The notes below the pieces were generated by a model. It had not been told where the DNA came from. It saw only the letters and a list, made by a program, of their open reading frames with translations, and ran no database searches. From Acidobacteriota bacterium (GTDB taxonomy: Bacteria > Acidobacteriota > UBA6911 > RPQK01 > JAJDTT01), in the NCBI GenBank assembly GCA_965209055.1, contig OZ242374.1, positions 736,001 to 800,000 of the forward strand: 64,000 nt of DNA, written 5' to 3'. Positions 21,901 to 30,556 of this stretch are shown piece after piece. The position numbers and the translations under genes were made by a program. Position 1 is the first letter of the stretch; each line of letters begins with the position of its first letter.

Positions 21901-23058
21901 GAGTATGCCCGGGAGGAGGAGCTCCCCTTCCCGGTGCTGCTTGCCGACGAGGACGTCATCGCGGCGTACAACCTGGTGAATCGCTTCCTGTTCGAAAAGA
22001 TACGCGACCTGGCCGTTCCCACGTCCATGCTTTTGGATCGGGACGGGAACATCGTCAAGATCTACCGGGGCAGAGTTCCGGCCCGCCAGATCATCCGGGA
22101 CATTCAAAGCACCCCTCGGTCTGAAGAAGAACTGGTCCGGGCCGCCTTTCCCTTTCCCGGGAAATCCATCGGCATGGAATTCGCCCGGGACTACACCATG
22201 ATCGCCGATTCATTCCGAAGGGCCGGACTCAACGACCAGGCGGCGGTCTACTATCAGCACCAGTTGCTGGAGCAGGGCCACGACACGCCCCAGTCGTGGA
22301 ACAGCCTCGGGCTTCTCTACGAGCAAGAGGGGAAATTGGACCAGGCGCGTGAGGCCTACGAAAAGGCCCTCCGGCTGAATCCCGACTACGCGGACAGCCA
22401 CAACAATCTCGGCGCGATGCGCTTGAAGGCGGGGGAAATCGACAAGGCCATAGACAGCTACCGTACCGCCGGGCGATTGGCTCCCTGGTCAGCCGACATC
22501 CAGAGCAACCTGGGCCATGCGCTGCTGGAAAAGGGTCTGCACGCCGAGGCTGTTCGTGCGTTCCGGAAGGCCCATGAGATCGACGTCGAGGTCCCGCAAC
22601 CCCTGGTCAACCTCGGCAACGCCTATCTGCAGATGAAGCGATTTCAGGAAGCGGTCTCGGCCTACGGCAAGGCATTGCGCATGCGGCCGGATTCCGCTGA
22701 GGTCCACCACAACCTGGGCTACGCGTTTCTGGAATCGGGCCGGCTCGACGACGCCTTGGCGTCCTTCGACAGGGCGGTTCGGCTGCGGCCCCAATACGCC
22801 AGCGCCCAGAACAACAGGGGGACGGTCTTCTTGCGAAAGGGCAGGTTCGAAGACGCGGGCCGCGCGTTCGAGGGGGCGATCCGGGCCGACTCCGAGTTCA
22901 GGCCCGCGTATATCAACCTTGCCATGACCCGCCTTCGGGGAAACCAAATCGGGAAAGCCGAGGACGTGCTCCGCCGCCTGCTCAAGGTGAAACCGGACGA
23001 TGCCGTGGCCCTGGACCTGCTGGCGCAGATCGAGCAGGTGAAGTCCTCGGCGCCATAG
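18997..23058 (+). CDS. Membrane-anchored FG-GAP/ASPIC-UnbV + TlpA-like redoxin + TPR protein with in-frame TGA (putative selenocysteine) at 20944-20946
   Basis: ORFs 18997-20946 and 20968-23058 are in the same frame, separated only by TGA + SFLWRQV. The propeller continues across the TGA into the ASPIC/UnbV domain, then NFWATWCPPC, then TPRs. Length is 1353 aa if read through. Confidence 0.75.
20944..20988 (+). promoter_or_regulatory. Candidate bacterial SECIS element
   Basis: UGA, an 11-nt spacer, then stem GCGGCA (20958-63) / UGUCGC (20969-74) closing the loop GGUCG. It contains GCAGGUC, as in the E. coli fdhF SECIS apex. Confidence 0.6.
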
Positions 23059-23075
23059 AAGGAGAGAAATTCGGG

Positions 23076-23462
23076 CTAACGCGATTCGTCGTGGGTTTCG
23101 AACTCCGCCGGCATGGTGATCTCCAGCACCACCCAGTCGTCGGAGTATTCCAGCACCTCGTGTTTGATTCCAGGCGGCTGGTACCAGGCGTCGCCCGCTT
23201 CCACGCGGATCTCGCCGATGTCTTCGAAGTAGAGCCGCGCCCACCCCTGGATCAGGTAGACCATCTGGAATTCCAGGTCGTGGGAGTGGTAGCCCATAGG
23301 GCCCCCGCACGGTTGCTCGGCCCGTATGACGTGGGCCAGCACCCGGCCATCGGTGGCCTCCTTGATCCCCAGGTCGCGGTAGGCGAAGTAGGGTCTCAGA
23401 TCCTTCCCCCACCGGGCGTCCTTGGCACGCGCCGCAAATGATTTGGGCCGTTGCTCAGTCAT
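23076..23462 (-). CDS. Cupin domain protein
   Basis: YHSHDLEFQMVYLIQGW and GDAWYQPPGIKH cupin motifs. Confidence 0.85.
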   Translation of the reverse strand: MTEQRPKSFAARAKDARWGKDLRPYFAYRDLGIKEATDGRVLAHVIRAEQPCGGPMGYHSHDLEFQMVYLIQGWARLYFEDIGEIRVEAGDAWYQPPGIKHEVLEYSDDWVVLEITMPAEFETHDESR

Positions 23463-23716
23463 CGAACAAGTCCTGATTATCGCGCAGTGAACAAATTCTA
23501 CGGGGTACCGCTGGTGGCTGCAAGTTCTCGAATTTACATACTAATAATCGTCCTGAATTCCTTTCATTGACTCAACAAGGAGATACTTTCCCGGGATGGG
23601 CCCAGTGAGGATCCGCGGAAGATAGCCTAGGGAGATGTTGGTGATCCAGAAACGCCGCATCTGGTGCAGGACGATCCGGGGTCATCCGTCCGAGCAGCCT
23701 TCGCGCGCCGGCCTCC

Positions 23717-23745
23717 TTGAAATGGACCATCCAATAGTCCATATT
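23717..23745 (+). promoter_or_regulatory. vapBC promoter with overlapping operator palindrome
   Basis: TTGAAA-N17-CATATT overlapped by ATGGAC-N9-GTCCAT, the usual arrangement for TA autoregulation. Confidence 0.5.
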
Positions 23746-23756
23746 TGAGCATGCCG

Positions 23757-24014
23757 ATGCGGATTTCCGTCACCGAAGCGAAGGGGCAATTGACTGAACT
23801 TGTCCGCCGTGCAGAGGCGGGCGACGAAGTGGTGCTTACCCGTCATGGCCGTGCGACGGTCATGCTGGTGCCGGTGCTGCGGCGGCCCGATGCCAAGGGG
23901 CGGCGCAAGGTGATTGGTGCGATTCAGGCCGCCGTTGCGAGTAAACGAACCGATGGCGCGAGCGCAGCCCGCAGTCAGGATTTTCTCTACGACGAGAACG
24001 GCCTGCCGAAATGA
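23757..24014 (+). CDS. Type II TA antitoxin, Phd/YefM family
   Basis: MRISVTEAKGQLTELVRRAEAGDEVVLTRHG; overlaps vapC by ATGA. Confidence 0.88.
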   Translation: MRISVTEAKGQLTELVRRAEAGDEVVLTRHGRATVMLVPVLRRPDAKGRRKVIGAIQAAVASKRTDGASAARSQDFLYDENGLPK

Positions 24015-24394
24015 TCGCAGTCGATACATCGGCCCTGATGGCGATCCTGCTGAACGAACCGGAGGCGCCGGCCTGCACAGAGGCCTTGTCGACAAACGAC
24101 CGGATCATGATTTCCGCTGCAACGGTAGCCGAAGCACTGATCGTTGCCGAGCGGCGGGGCCTCGGAATGGAAATGGCCGGGCTTATCGATGGACTCGGCG
24201 TGGAGACTGCAACGGTCTCGCTGCCGGTGGCGCGGCAGGTGGCTGATGCCTACGCGAAATGGGGTAAAGGAATGAATCCCGCCGGTCTGAACTTTGGCGA
24301 CTGTTTCGCGTATGCAGTCGCGAAGACGTACGACTGTCCCTTGTTGTTTGTTGGAGGGGATTTTGCGCGGGCGGATGTCGCAAGCGTGTTGTGA
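24011..24394 (+). CDS. vapC: Type II TA toxin, VapC (PIN domain)
   Basis: MIAVDTSALMAIL, LNFGDCFAYA and PLLFVGGDF. Confidence 0.9.
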   Translation: MIAVDTSALMAILLNEPEAPACTEALSTNDRIMISAATVAEALIVAERRGLGMEMAGLIDGLGVETATVSLPVARQVADAYAKWGKGMNPAGLNFGDCFAYAVAKTYDCPLLFVGGDFARADVASVL

Positions 24395-24452
24395 TCCGTT
24401 GCACCGGCCCCGATCGCAAAATTCCGGGCCTCGTATCGCGGTCTCGACACGA

Positions 24453-25538
24453 TCAGGGTGAACCCCTGGATGCGTCGAGGACCACTCGTTCCGAACGGCC
24501 GCCGGCCGCCGACCGGTAGGCGGCCTCCAGCAGCTCGATGGTTCGCGCGGAGATCTCTCCCGGCGACCAGTTCTCCCGGCTCCGTCCCCGGATCAGGTCG
24601 ATGAACCGGTTGGGCGGACCGTCGCAGGCGTAGTCTCCCTCCCCCGGCTCGACCTCCAGCTCGAAGCTGTCGCCGTCGTTGCGGTGAATCGTCAGGTGCT
24701 CATGGAACAGATCGAGACTCAACTCTCCCTCGCTGCCGTAGATGCGAATGTCCATCTCATGCTTGGGCTTGCTGGACGGCTGGGTGCCGGCGGCGGAAAT
24801 GGTTCCGATGGAGCCGTTGTCGAACTTGGCCACGATGGCGTCATACATCTCGACCGGAGCGCCGGCTCCGCTCATGTAGGCGAACACCTCGCTGCCTCGC
24901 AGACCGGTGAGCCAGAACAGGAGCGCCACGCTGTGAGACAACTGGGAGTATCCCTGCCCGCCGCCGGCGAGATCGGGATCGCTGTAGAAGGTCTCTGGAT
25001 CGGGAATTTTCTCCATGGGATAGGGCCATTTCTGTCCCATGTAGAGAGCCCGGAGGGCCGAGCCCATGTGGCACACGATGTACTCCACTTCGCCGACCGC
25101 CCCCTGATCCATCTTTTCCTTGGCGGCGGCCACCATGCGGACGTAGTGCCAGCCGGTGGGGATGGAGAGCACCAACCCGCGCGCGTTTGCCGTCTCCACC
25201 AGGTCCCAGGCCTCCGCGGCCCGTAGCGCCATGGGCTTCTCCACGAGGACGTGACGGCCCGACTCCAAACTGGCCTTGGATTGCTCGTAGTGGAATCCGT
25301 GCGGCGAGGCGATCACCACCGCGTCGATGGGCTGTTCCAGCAGTTGGCGATATTCGTCCGTAGCGTAGGGGAAGCCAAATTGCCTCACCGCCAGGTCCCG
25401 GGATTCCTCCGTGGGTGTGGCGACCCCCGCCAACACCACGTCATCACGGGCCTGCAGAACAGGCATGTGATTGGTCTGCGCCCAGTTCCCCGCGCCGATG
25501 AATCCCACCCGAACCTTTTGAGTCGTCACTGATGCCAT
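24453..25538 (-). CDS. Gfo/Idh/MocA family oxidoreductase
   Basis: VGFIGAG, DAVVIASPHGFH and HVLVEKPMA. Start trimmed to exclude an upstream REP. Confidence 0.88.
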   Translation of the reverse strand: MASVTTQKVRVGFIGAGNWAQTNHMPVLQARDDVVLAGVATPTEESRDLAVRQFGFPYATDEYRQLLEQPIDAVVIASPHGFHYEQSKASLESGRHVLVEKPMALRAAEAWDLVETANARGLVLSIPTGWHYVRMVAAAKEKMDQGAVGEVEYIVCHMGSALRALYMGQKWPYPMEKIPDPETFYSDPDLAGGGQGYSQLSHSVALLFWLTGLRGSEVFAYMSGAGAPVEMYDAIVAKFDNGSIGTISAAGTQPSSKPKHEMDIRIYGSEGELSLDLFHEHLTIHRNDGDSFELEVEPGEGDYACDGPPNRFIDLIRGRSRENWSPGEISARTIELLEAAYRSAAGGRSERVVLDASRGSP

Positions 25539-25550
25539 GGTCGTTTGCCC

Positions 25551-25657
25551 CCAGGAGGGAGGACTTTCCTGTCCCCCCGTGTTCGTTGCCATTCTTCCGC
25601 GCCCGTGTTACCAACGACGCCGCTCCGCAGTCGGCGACAAGAAAGTCGCCGCTCCTC
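25551..25657. repeat. Inverted pair of REP-like palindromes
   Basis: CCAGGAGGGAGGACTTTCCTGTCCCCCC on + and GAGGAGCGGCGACTTTCTTGTCGCCGAC on -. Confidence 0.65.
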
Positions 25658-27170
25658 ACCGAAACTCACTGCGGAGGACAACCGGCCGAAGCCCGGGAAT
25701 CTCCTCCTGCGCCGGGAAATACGGGCCCATGAGTTCCTTGAATCGAACGTGACGCAAGACCGCCGGAGTCGGTCCCGGCGTATCCAGCACCAGCGCCTCC
25801 GTGAACTTTCCCTCATAGCCGACACGGTAGTTCATGGGATTCTTGACCACGATGAACTTGGCGTTTCGCGTGTCCATGCCCACCGACCGGTATTGCTCAT
25901 CCGCCCAATCGTAGGTGGGATAGGTGCAGATCAGCACTTCCACCGAGCCGATCCGGAACCGCACCGAAGGACCCATTTCGGCGACCTGGCCTCCCCAGAT
26001 GCCGCCCGAATAGACGAATTTTCCGTCGGTCAGCCGCTCGATCCGTCCGGTCACCGGGATGGGCCGCCCCCAGCGCGGATCCACCTTGTGACCCAGAGTC
26101 AGATCGATTTCCGAGCCGGCTCCTGCCCGGTGGCACTTGGCTGCGGCTTCCGGATCGACGACGGGCACCAGGGCGGGCACCGAAACCGGGTTCTCCAACA
26201 GCGCGCACAACGTGGCCACGCTGTCCCCGGCGGCGCCTCCTCCGACGGAATCCGCGGTTTCCAGCAGCAGGATGGGCCCTCCCTCCAACTCCAAGCCATG
26301 GGCGATCGCCTCACTTGGAGTCCGGACTTGAGGTTCCAGATCGAATCTGCGCTCCCAGTACATCTCCGCGATCTGTGTGGCCAACTCGGCGGCCATGGAG
26401 AGGTCGCCGTCGGTGATGACCAGGCCGCCTCCCCCCATCCCGGGAAGATCAAGATAAGGCTGAACCAGGAACGTGCTTGTGGAGAGGACGCCGGGTTGCC
26501 GCTCCATGGCCTTGGCGAAGCGCATCACCTCGGCGAAGGGAGCCGAACCTTCCGTGGAGCCCATGATCCCGCCCACGATGACCGGCACCTTGGCCATTGC
26601 CATGGCCGGCCGAACCCTCCCCTCCAAGATGTCGAGCAGCATCCGGACGCCGCGGACTCCGGTGGAGTAGGTGTCGCGGTGGGGATAGGTCTCCCAGGCC
26701 AGCAGCGCCTCGGTGCAGGCGACCATCTTCTTGCTGACGTGGGCGTGCAGATCGAGCGTCCCGACAATGGGGACCCGGGGTCCCACCTCGTTGCGCACGG
26801 ACTCCACCAGGTCCCCTTCCAGGTCCCCGATTTCTTCGACCGCAGCGCCGCCGTGCAAGGGGAGTAGCACTCCGTCGACCGGCGTGGAATCCCGCAACCT
26901 TTGCAGCAGCTCCGTTTTCAGCGTGAGGTAGCACTCCCGGCTCAGGATGCCCCCCGGGACGGCGGTGGCCACCAGCAGCGGCACGATGTCGGCGCCACGT
27001 TCCCTCAATCCGGCCAGGATTCCCCCGACGACGCCGTCCGTCGACTCCAGCACCTGCTGCCCCCGGCGCAGCTCGGTCCGTTCGAAGCACGCCATGTCGG
27101 TGAACGTGCCGACGAGGTGATTGGACTCGGTGAAGATGGTGCCGACGGCGATTCGATACGGTTGGCTCAT
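25656..27170 (-). CDS. M81 family metallopeptidase (MlrC-like)
   Basis: RIAVGTIFTESN, LPLHGGA..EGDL, TLDLHAHV, TYPHRD and DSVGGGAAGD. The real start is MSQPYRIAV. Confidence 0.85.
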   Translation of the reverse strand: MSQPYRIAVGTIFTESNHLVGTFTDMACFERTELRRGQQVLESTDGVVGGILAGLRERGADIVPLLVATAVPGGILSRECYLTLKTELLQRLRDSTPVDGVLLPLHGGAAVEEIGDLEGDLVESVRNEVGPRVPIVGTLDLHAHVSKKMVACTEALLAWETYPHRDTYSTGVRGVRMLLDILEGRVRPAMAMAKVPVIVGGIMGSTEGSAPFAEVMRFAKAMERQPGVLSTSTFLVQPYLDLPGMGGGGLVITDGDLSMAAELATQIAEMYWERRFDLEPQVRTPSEAIAHGLELEGGPILLLETADSVGGGAAGDSVATLCALLENPVSVPALVPVVDPEAAAKCHRAGAGSEIDLTLGHKVDPRWGRPIPVTGRIERLTDGKFVYSGGIWGGQVAEMGPSVRFRIGSVEVLICTYPTYDWADEQYRSVGMDTRNAKFIVVKNPMNYRVGYEGKFTEALVLDTPGPTPAVLRHVRFKELMGPYFPAQEEIPGLRPVVLRSEFR

Positions 27171-27292
27171 CCTTCGAGATTCACTCCGGCAGGTGTGAGG
27201 ACTCGAGTCTGGGTGCGGGGGTTGTCCCAACCCCGGAACAAGTAAACCAGAAGCAGCAGGGAACTGAATAGTCCCCCCCTGCGACCGAAATC

Positions 27293-27308
27293 GGGACTGT
27301 CCCCTTCT
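27293..27308 (+). repeat. 16-bp direct repeat, left of the dinJ-yafQ module
   Basis: GGGACTGTCCCCTTCT, identical to 27989-28004. Confidence 0.7.
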
Positions 27309-27354
27309 GGCGAGCGCTTGCCCAATCCAAACGGAGGTTTTCGAGAAGTCCGGA

Positions 27355-27627
27355 CTACTCCCTAAAGAGATCGGAGTGGGTCCCGGTACGGACCAAGTGC
27401 AATTCGCCGCCCTCAACACGGTAAATCACGAGCCAGTCCGGTTCGAGATGCGCCTCGCGGTAACCTTTCCAAATTCCCCGTAACGGATGGTTGCGGTGCC
27501 GCGCGGACAAAGGTTCCTGCTTGATCAACGAGGACAGCAACGACCGTAGCTTCGCCAAGTCCTTGCCTCGCGCCTTGGCTCTTCGCACATCGCGTTTGAA
27601 CTGCGATGAGCGAACCGGGATCAACAT
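27355..27627 (-). CDS. yafQ: Type II TA toxin, YafQ family mRNA interferase
   Basis: SSQFKRD, HPLRGIWKGYREAHLEPDWLVIY and RTGTHSDLF. Confidence 0.9.
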   Translation of the reverse strand: MLIPVRSSQFKRDVRRAKARGKDLAKLRSLLSSLIKQEPLSARHRNHPLRGIWKGYREAHLEPDWLVIYRVEGGELHLVRTGTHSDLFRE

Positions 27628-27628
27628 G

Positions 27629-27886
27629 TCAGATGTCGAGATCTCGGAATAGTTCCTTGGCGCTGTCGAAACGTTGGCCCTTGCCGACGTCCAATTCCTT
27701 CATGGCCTTGAGGGTCGTCGAATTGGGGACTTGGATGGCGAAGGGCAGTCGCTTCTCGTCCGCCACCCGCAACAACAGGAGCCGAATAGCATCCGAGACG
27801 GTCAAGCCCATAGCCCGTAGCGCCTCGGTCGCGCGTGATTTGGTGTTGCTGTCGATTCGAGCGCGTACAACGGTGTCTGAACTCAT
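27629..27886 (-). CDS. dinJ: Type II TA antitoxin, RelB/DinJ family
   Basis: VVRARID, MGLTVSDAIRLLLLRVADEKRLPF and PNSTT. Confidence 0.88.
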   Translation of the reverse strand: MSSDTVVRARIDSNTKSRATEALRAMGLTVSDAIRLLLLRVADEKRLPFAIQVPNSTTLKAMKELDVGKGQRFDSAKELFRDLDI

Positions 27887-27916
27887 CTTCGATTCCCTTC
27901 TATCGGGTAGCTTCAA

Positions 27917-27926
27917 TGTAGCTACA
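27917..27926. promoter_or_regulatory. Putative DinJ operator palindrome
   Basis: TGTAGCTACA perfect palindrome about 30 bp upstream of dinJ. Confidence 0.5.
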
Positions 27927-27988
27927 AGAAGCTGTTCCTGTCAAGAAGGACGCCAGCGAACGATTGCTGCGCGTGCGTGCGTGAGAAT

Positions 27989-28004
27989 GGGACTGTCCCC
28001 TTCT
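27989..28004 (+). repeat. 16-bp direct repeat, right of the dinJ-yafQ module
   Basis: GGGACTGTCCCCTTCT, identical to 27293-27308. Confidence 0.7.
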
Positions 28005-28064
28005 AACCCGCCTGATATAGTCAGAATTTCAAGGTTGTTCCGAAAATTCAGCAAGGAGCTTCCC

Positions 28065-28775
28065 GTGACCGTTCTTGTGATCATCTCAGCCAATATTGAA
28101 TGGAAAGCCGTCAGGAGAATACTCCCCGAGGCTGCCCCCCAAGCATCTCCTTTTGGCGAATGGTTTAAGACGGACCTTGACCTTGGAGATGACCGGCAGT
28201 CCATCATCTTTTTTCACGGCGGATGGGGCAAGATTTCTGCGGCGTCATCTGCGCAATACGTGATCGACCGTTGGTCTCCAGATCTGATGGTGAATCTGGG
28301 CACCTGTGGCGGGTTTGAAGGGGAAGTTGAAAAGAACACCGTCGTGCTGGTCGAGCGGACGGTCGTCTATGACATTGTCGAGCAGATGGTGGATGCGGAG
28401 GAAGCGATCCGAGACTATTCGACGGAGATCGATCTTTCGTGGTTGAGCGAACCCTATCCCCGTCCCGTGTTGAGAAACGTTCTCGTCTCCGCAGACCGGG
28501 ATCTCATGCCGGAAAATATTCCAGACTTGAAGTCCAAATACGGCGCAGTGGCGGGAGACTGGGAATCGGGCGCAATCGCCTGGGTGGCCAACCGAAACCG
28601 GGTCCGATGTCTCATTTTGCGCGGGGTTACGGATCTGGTTGGTGATGAAGGTGGTGAGGCCTATGAGGGCAAGGTACAGATCTATGTGGAAAACACGGAG
28701 CGGGTCATGAACGATCTGATTCTGCACCTTCCCCAGTGGATCGTACATGGACGCCAAAACCGGACCGGTCCTTAA
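28065..28775 (+). CDS. MTA/SAH nucleosidase-like (PNP/UDP phosphorylase family) protein
   Basis: GGWGKISAA, VNLGTCGG, GDWESGAIA and LILRGVTD. GTG start preceded by AAGGAG. Confidence 0.8.
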   Translation: MTVLVIISANIEWKAVRRILPEAAPQASPFGEWFKTDLDLGDDRQSIIFFHGGWGKISAASSAQYVIDRWSPDLMVNLGTCGGFEGEVEKNTVVLVERTVVYDIVEQMVDAEEAIRDYSTEIDLSWLSEPYPRPVLRNVLVSADRDLMPENIPDLKSKYGAVAGDWESGAIAWVANRNRVRCLILRGVTDLVGDEGGEAYEGKVQIYVENTERVMNDLILHLPQWIVHGRQNRTGP

Positions 28776-28830
28776 GTTGACAAACGGATCACAATAAGGA
28801 GTAACGAGGTAGTCTGACGATGGCCCAACG

Positions 28831-30507
28831 ATGGAATTGGAGGTCCCGTTGAAAACCGCGCGAGGTCTCATGTCTCTTCCGGTTCGGCGGCTCGTCTGTG
28901 CAGCGCTTTTCGTGTTCGGCCTCATTTACTGCGCTCGCTCGAGCCGCGATGCTTCGCTTTCGGTTCGGGTCCTCGATGCCGGTACCGGTCAACCCACGCC
29001 GGTGCGGGTCTTGTTGAGCGACTCGGACGGCAACACTCCCCGGGTCACGGGCGCCCTGGCGGTCTCGGAATCTGCGATCCCCATCCCGGACGCCGCCATT
29101 GCAGTCATGTACGGACGCTACGATCGCGCGGAAGGGTATCTGCTCCAGCCCGACGGCTCCTTCTACGTCGACGGTTCTTTCGACGCGCAACTGCCCCCGG
29201 GATCGTATTCGCTCAAGCTGTCCAAGGGATACGAGTTCGTCGCGCAAACCGTGAAGCTCGATCTCAATCCGGGCGAGCGCCTTTCCCGAGAGTACAAGTT
29301 GGAGCGATGGATCGACATGCCCCAGCGCGGCTGGTACTCGGGGGACGATCACATTCACCTGCGGCGGTCGCCGCGCGACGATCCGGCCATTCTTCGCTGG
29401 GCGGCCGCAGAGGATGTGCACGTGGCGCACCTTCTCCAGATGGGGGATTTTTGGGCCACCTACTACTCTCAATATGCCTGGGGCAGCCGCGGCCGTTACC
29501 GCGAGGGGGACAACATCCTCTCGTCCGGCCAGGAAGGCCCCCGGACCCCCGAGATCGGTCACACCATCTCGCTCGGGGCGGAAGAGTTCGTCCGATTTCG
29601 GGACGACTACTACGACTACGGCCGTGTTTTCGACCAAGTCCACGAGCTGGGAGGCATTACCGGCTTCGCCCATCAGGCGATGACCTTTCACGGTTATCGT
29701 GGAATGACACTCAACGTATTGCGAGGCAAGGTCGACTTTCTCGAGGTGATGCAGTTCTGTCCCAAGGAAGGACCGCTGGCGCTGAAGCACTACTATCACT
29801 TCCTGGATCTCGGATACCGGCTTACGGCGCTGGGTGGCTCCGACTTTCCCTGGTGTGGGCGAGGACCTCGCTTCGGCCTTGAAGAGGGGTGTTCGCAGAT
29901 CGGCGACGCCCGGTTCTACACCTATACCGGCGACGGACTCTCGTTTGAGCGCTGGCTGCAGGGCGTCAAGGCAGGCCACACCTTCGTGACCAGCGGACCG
30001 ATGCTGGAGTTTACGGTGAATGACCGGCTTCCCGGCGCGACGCTGGATGTGGAATCGGGCACTGCAATCAGGATCTCGGCCAAAGCCTACGGGAAGGCGT
30101 CTCAAATCCCCTTGCGTCAGCTGGAAATCGTAGCGCATTCCGAAACGCTGAAGAAAGTCTCTGCGGGGGAGCCGGGACAGAGTGAAGAATTGCTCTCGAT
30201 CGAGATGGAGTTGCCGGTGCAACGTGGGATCTGGGTCGCCGCCCGGACCGATGCCGCCCACACCCAAGTCGCCCATACGACGCCGGTCTACGTCAGAGTG
30301 AACGGTGCGGGCTTCCACAACCCGGCAACGGCCGAACACTACCTCGAGCTATGTCGCAGCTACCTGAACGAGCTGGAAGAGGATCTGGCCCAACCAGGGA
30401 AAAGAAGCGATCACCAGGCTGTCAGGCACAAGGAGAGCCTGAAACGGCAGATCATTGAGACCAGAGCCGCGCTGAAGCAATTGGCTTCGGGTCTGGGCCG
30501 GGAATGA
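28831..30507 (+). CDS. CehA/McbA family (PHP-like) metallohydrolase
   Basis: GWYSGDDHIH, GFAH, GGSDFPW, AGHTFVTSGP and AHTTPVYV. Confidence 0.8.
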   Translation: MELEVPLKTARGLMSLPVRRLVCAALFVFGLIYCARSSRDASLSVRVLDAGTGQPTPVRVLLSDSDGNTPRVTGALAVSESAIPIPDAAIAVMYGRYDRAEGYLLQPDGSFYVDGSFDAQLPPGSYSLKLSKGYEFVAQTVKLDLNPGERLSREYKLERWIDMPQRGWYSGDDHIHLRRSPRDDPAILRWAAAEDVHVAHLLQMGDFWATYYSQYAWGSRGRYREGDNILSSGQEGPRTPEIGHTISLGAEEFVRFRDDYYDYGRVFDQVHELGGITGFAHQAMTFHGYRGMTLNVLRGKVDFLEVMQFCPKEGPLALKHYYHFLDLGYRLTALGGSDFPWCGRGPRFGLEEGCSQIGDARFYTYTGDGLSFERWLQGVKAGHTFVTSGPMLEFTVNDRLPGATLDVESGTAIRISAKAYGKASQIPLRQLEIVAHSETLKKVSAGEPGQSEELLSIEMELPVQRGIWVAARTDAAHTQVAHTTPVYVRVNGAGFHNPATAEHYLELCRSYLNELEEDLAQPGKRSDHQAVRHKESLKRQIIETRAALKQLASGLGRE

Positions 30508-30556
30508 CTCTGCTCCAGACCTCTGCGTCCGGTTGGGATAGAATGGAAACCTCAAG

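Noticed and set aside
27606-28064. N-terminal extension of the nucleosidase ORF
   Set aside because: It is antisense to dinJ, and an SD-supported GTG start exists at 28065.
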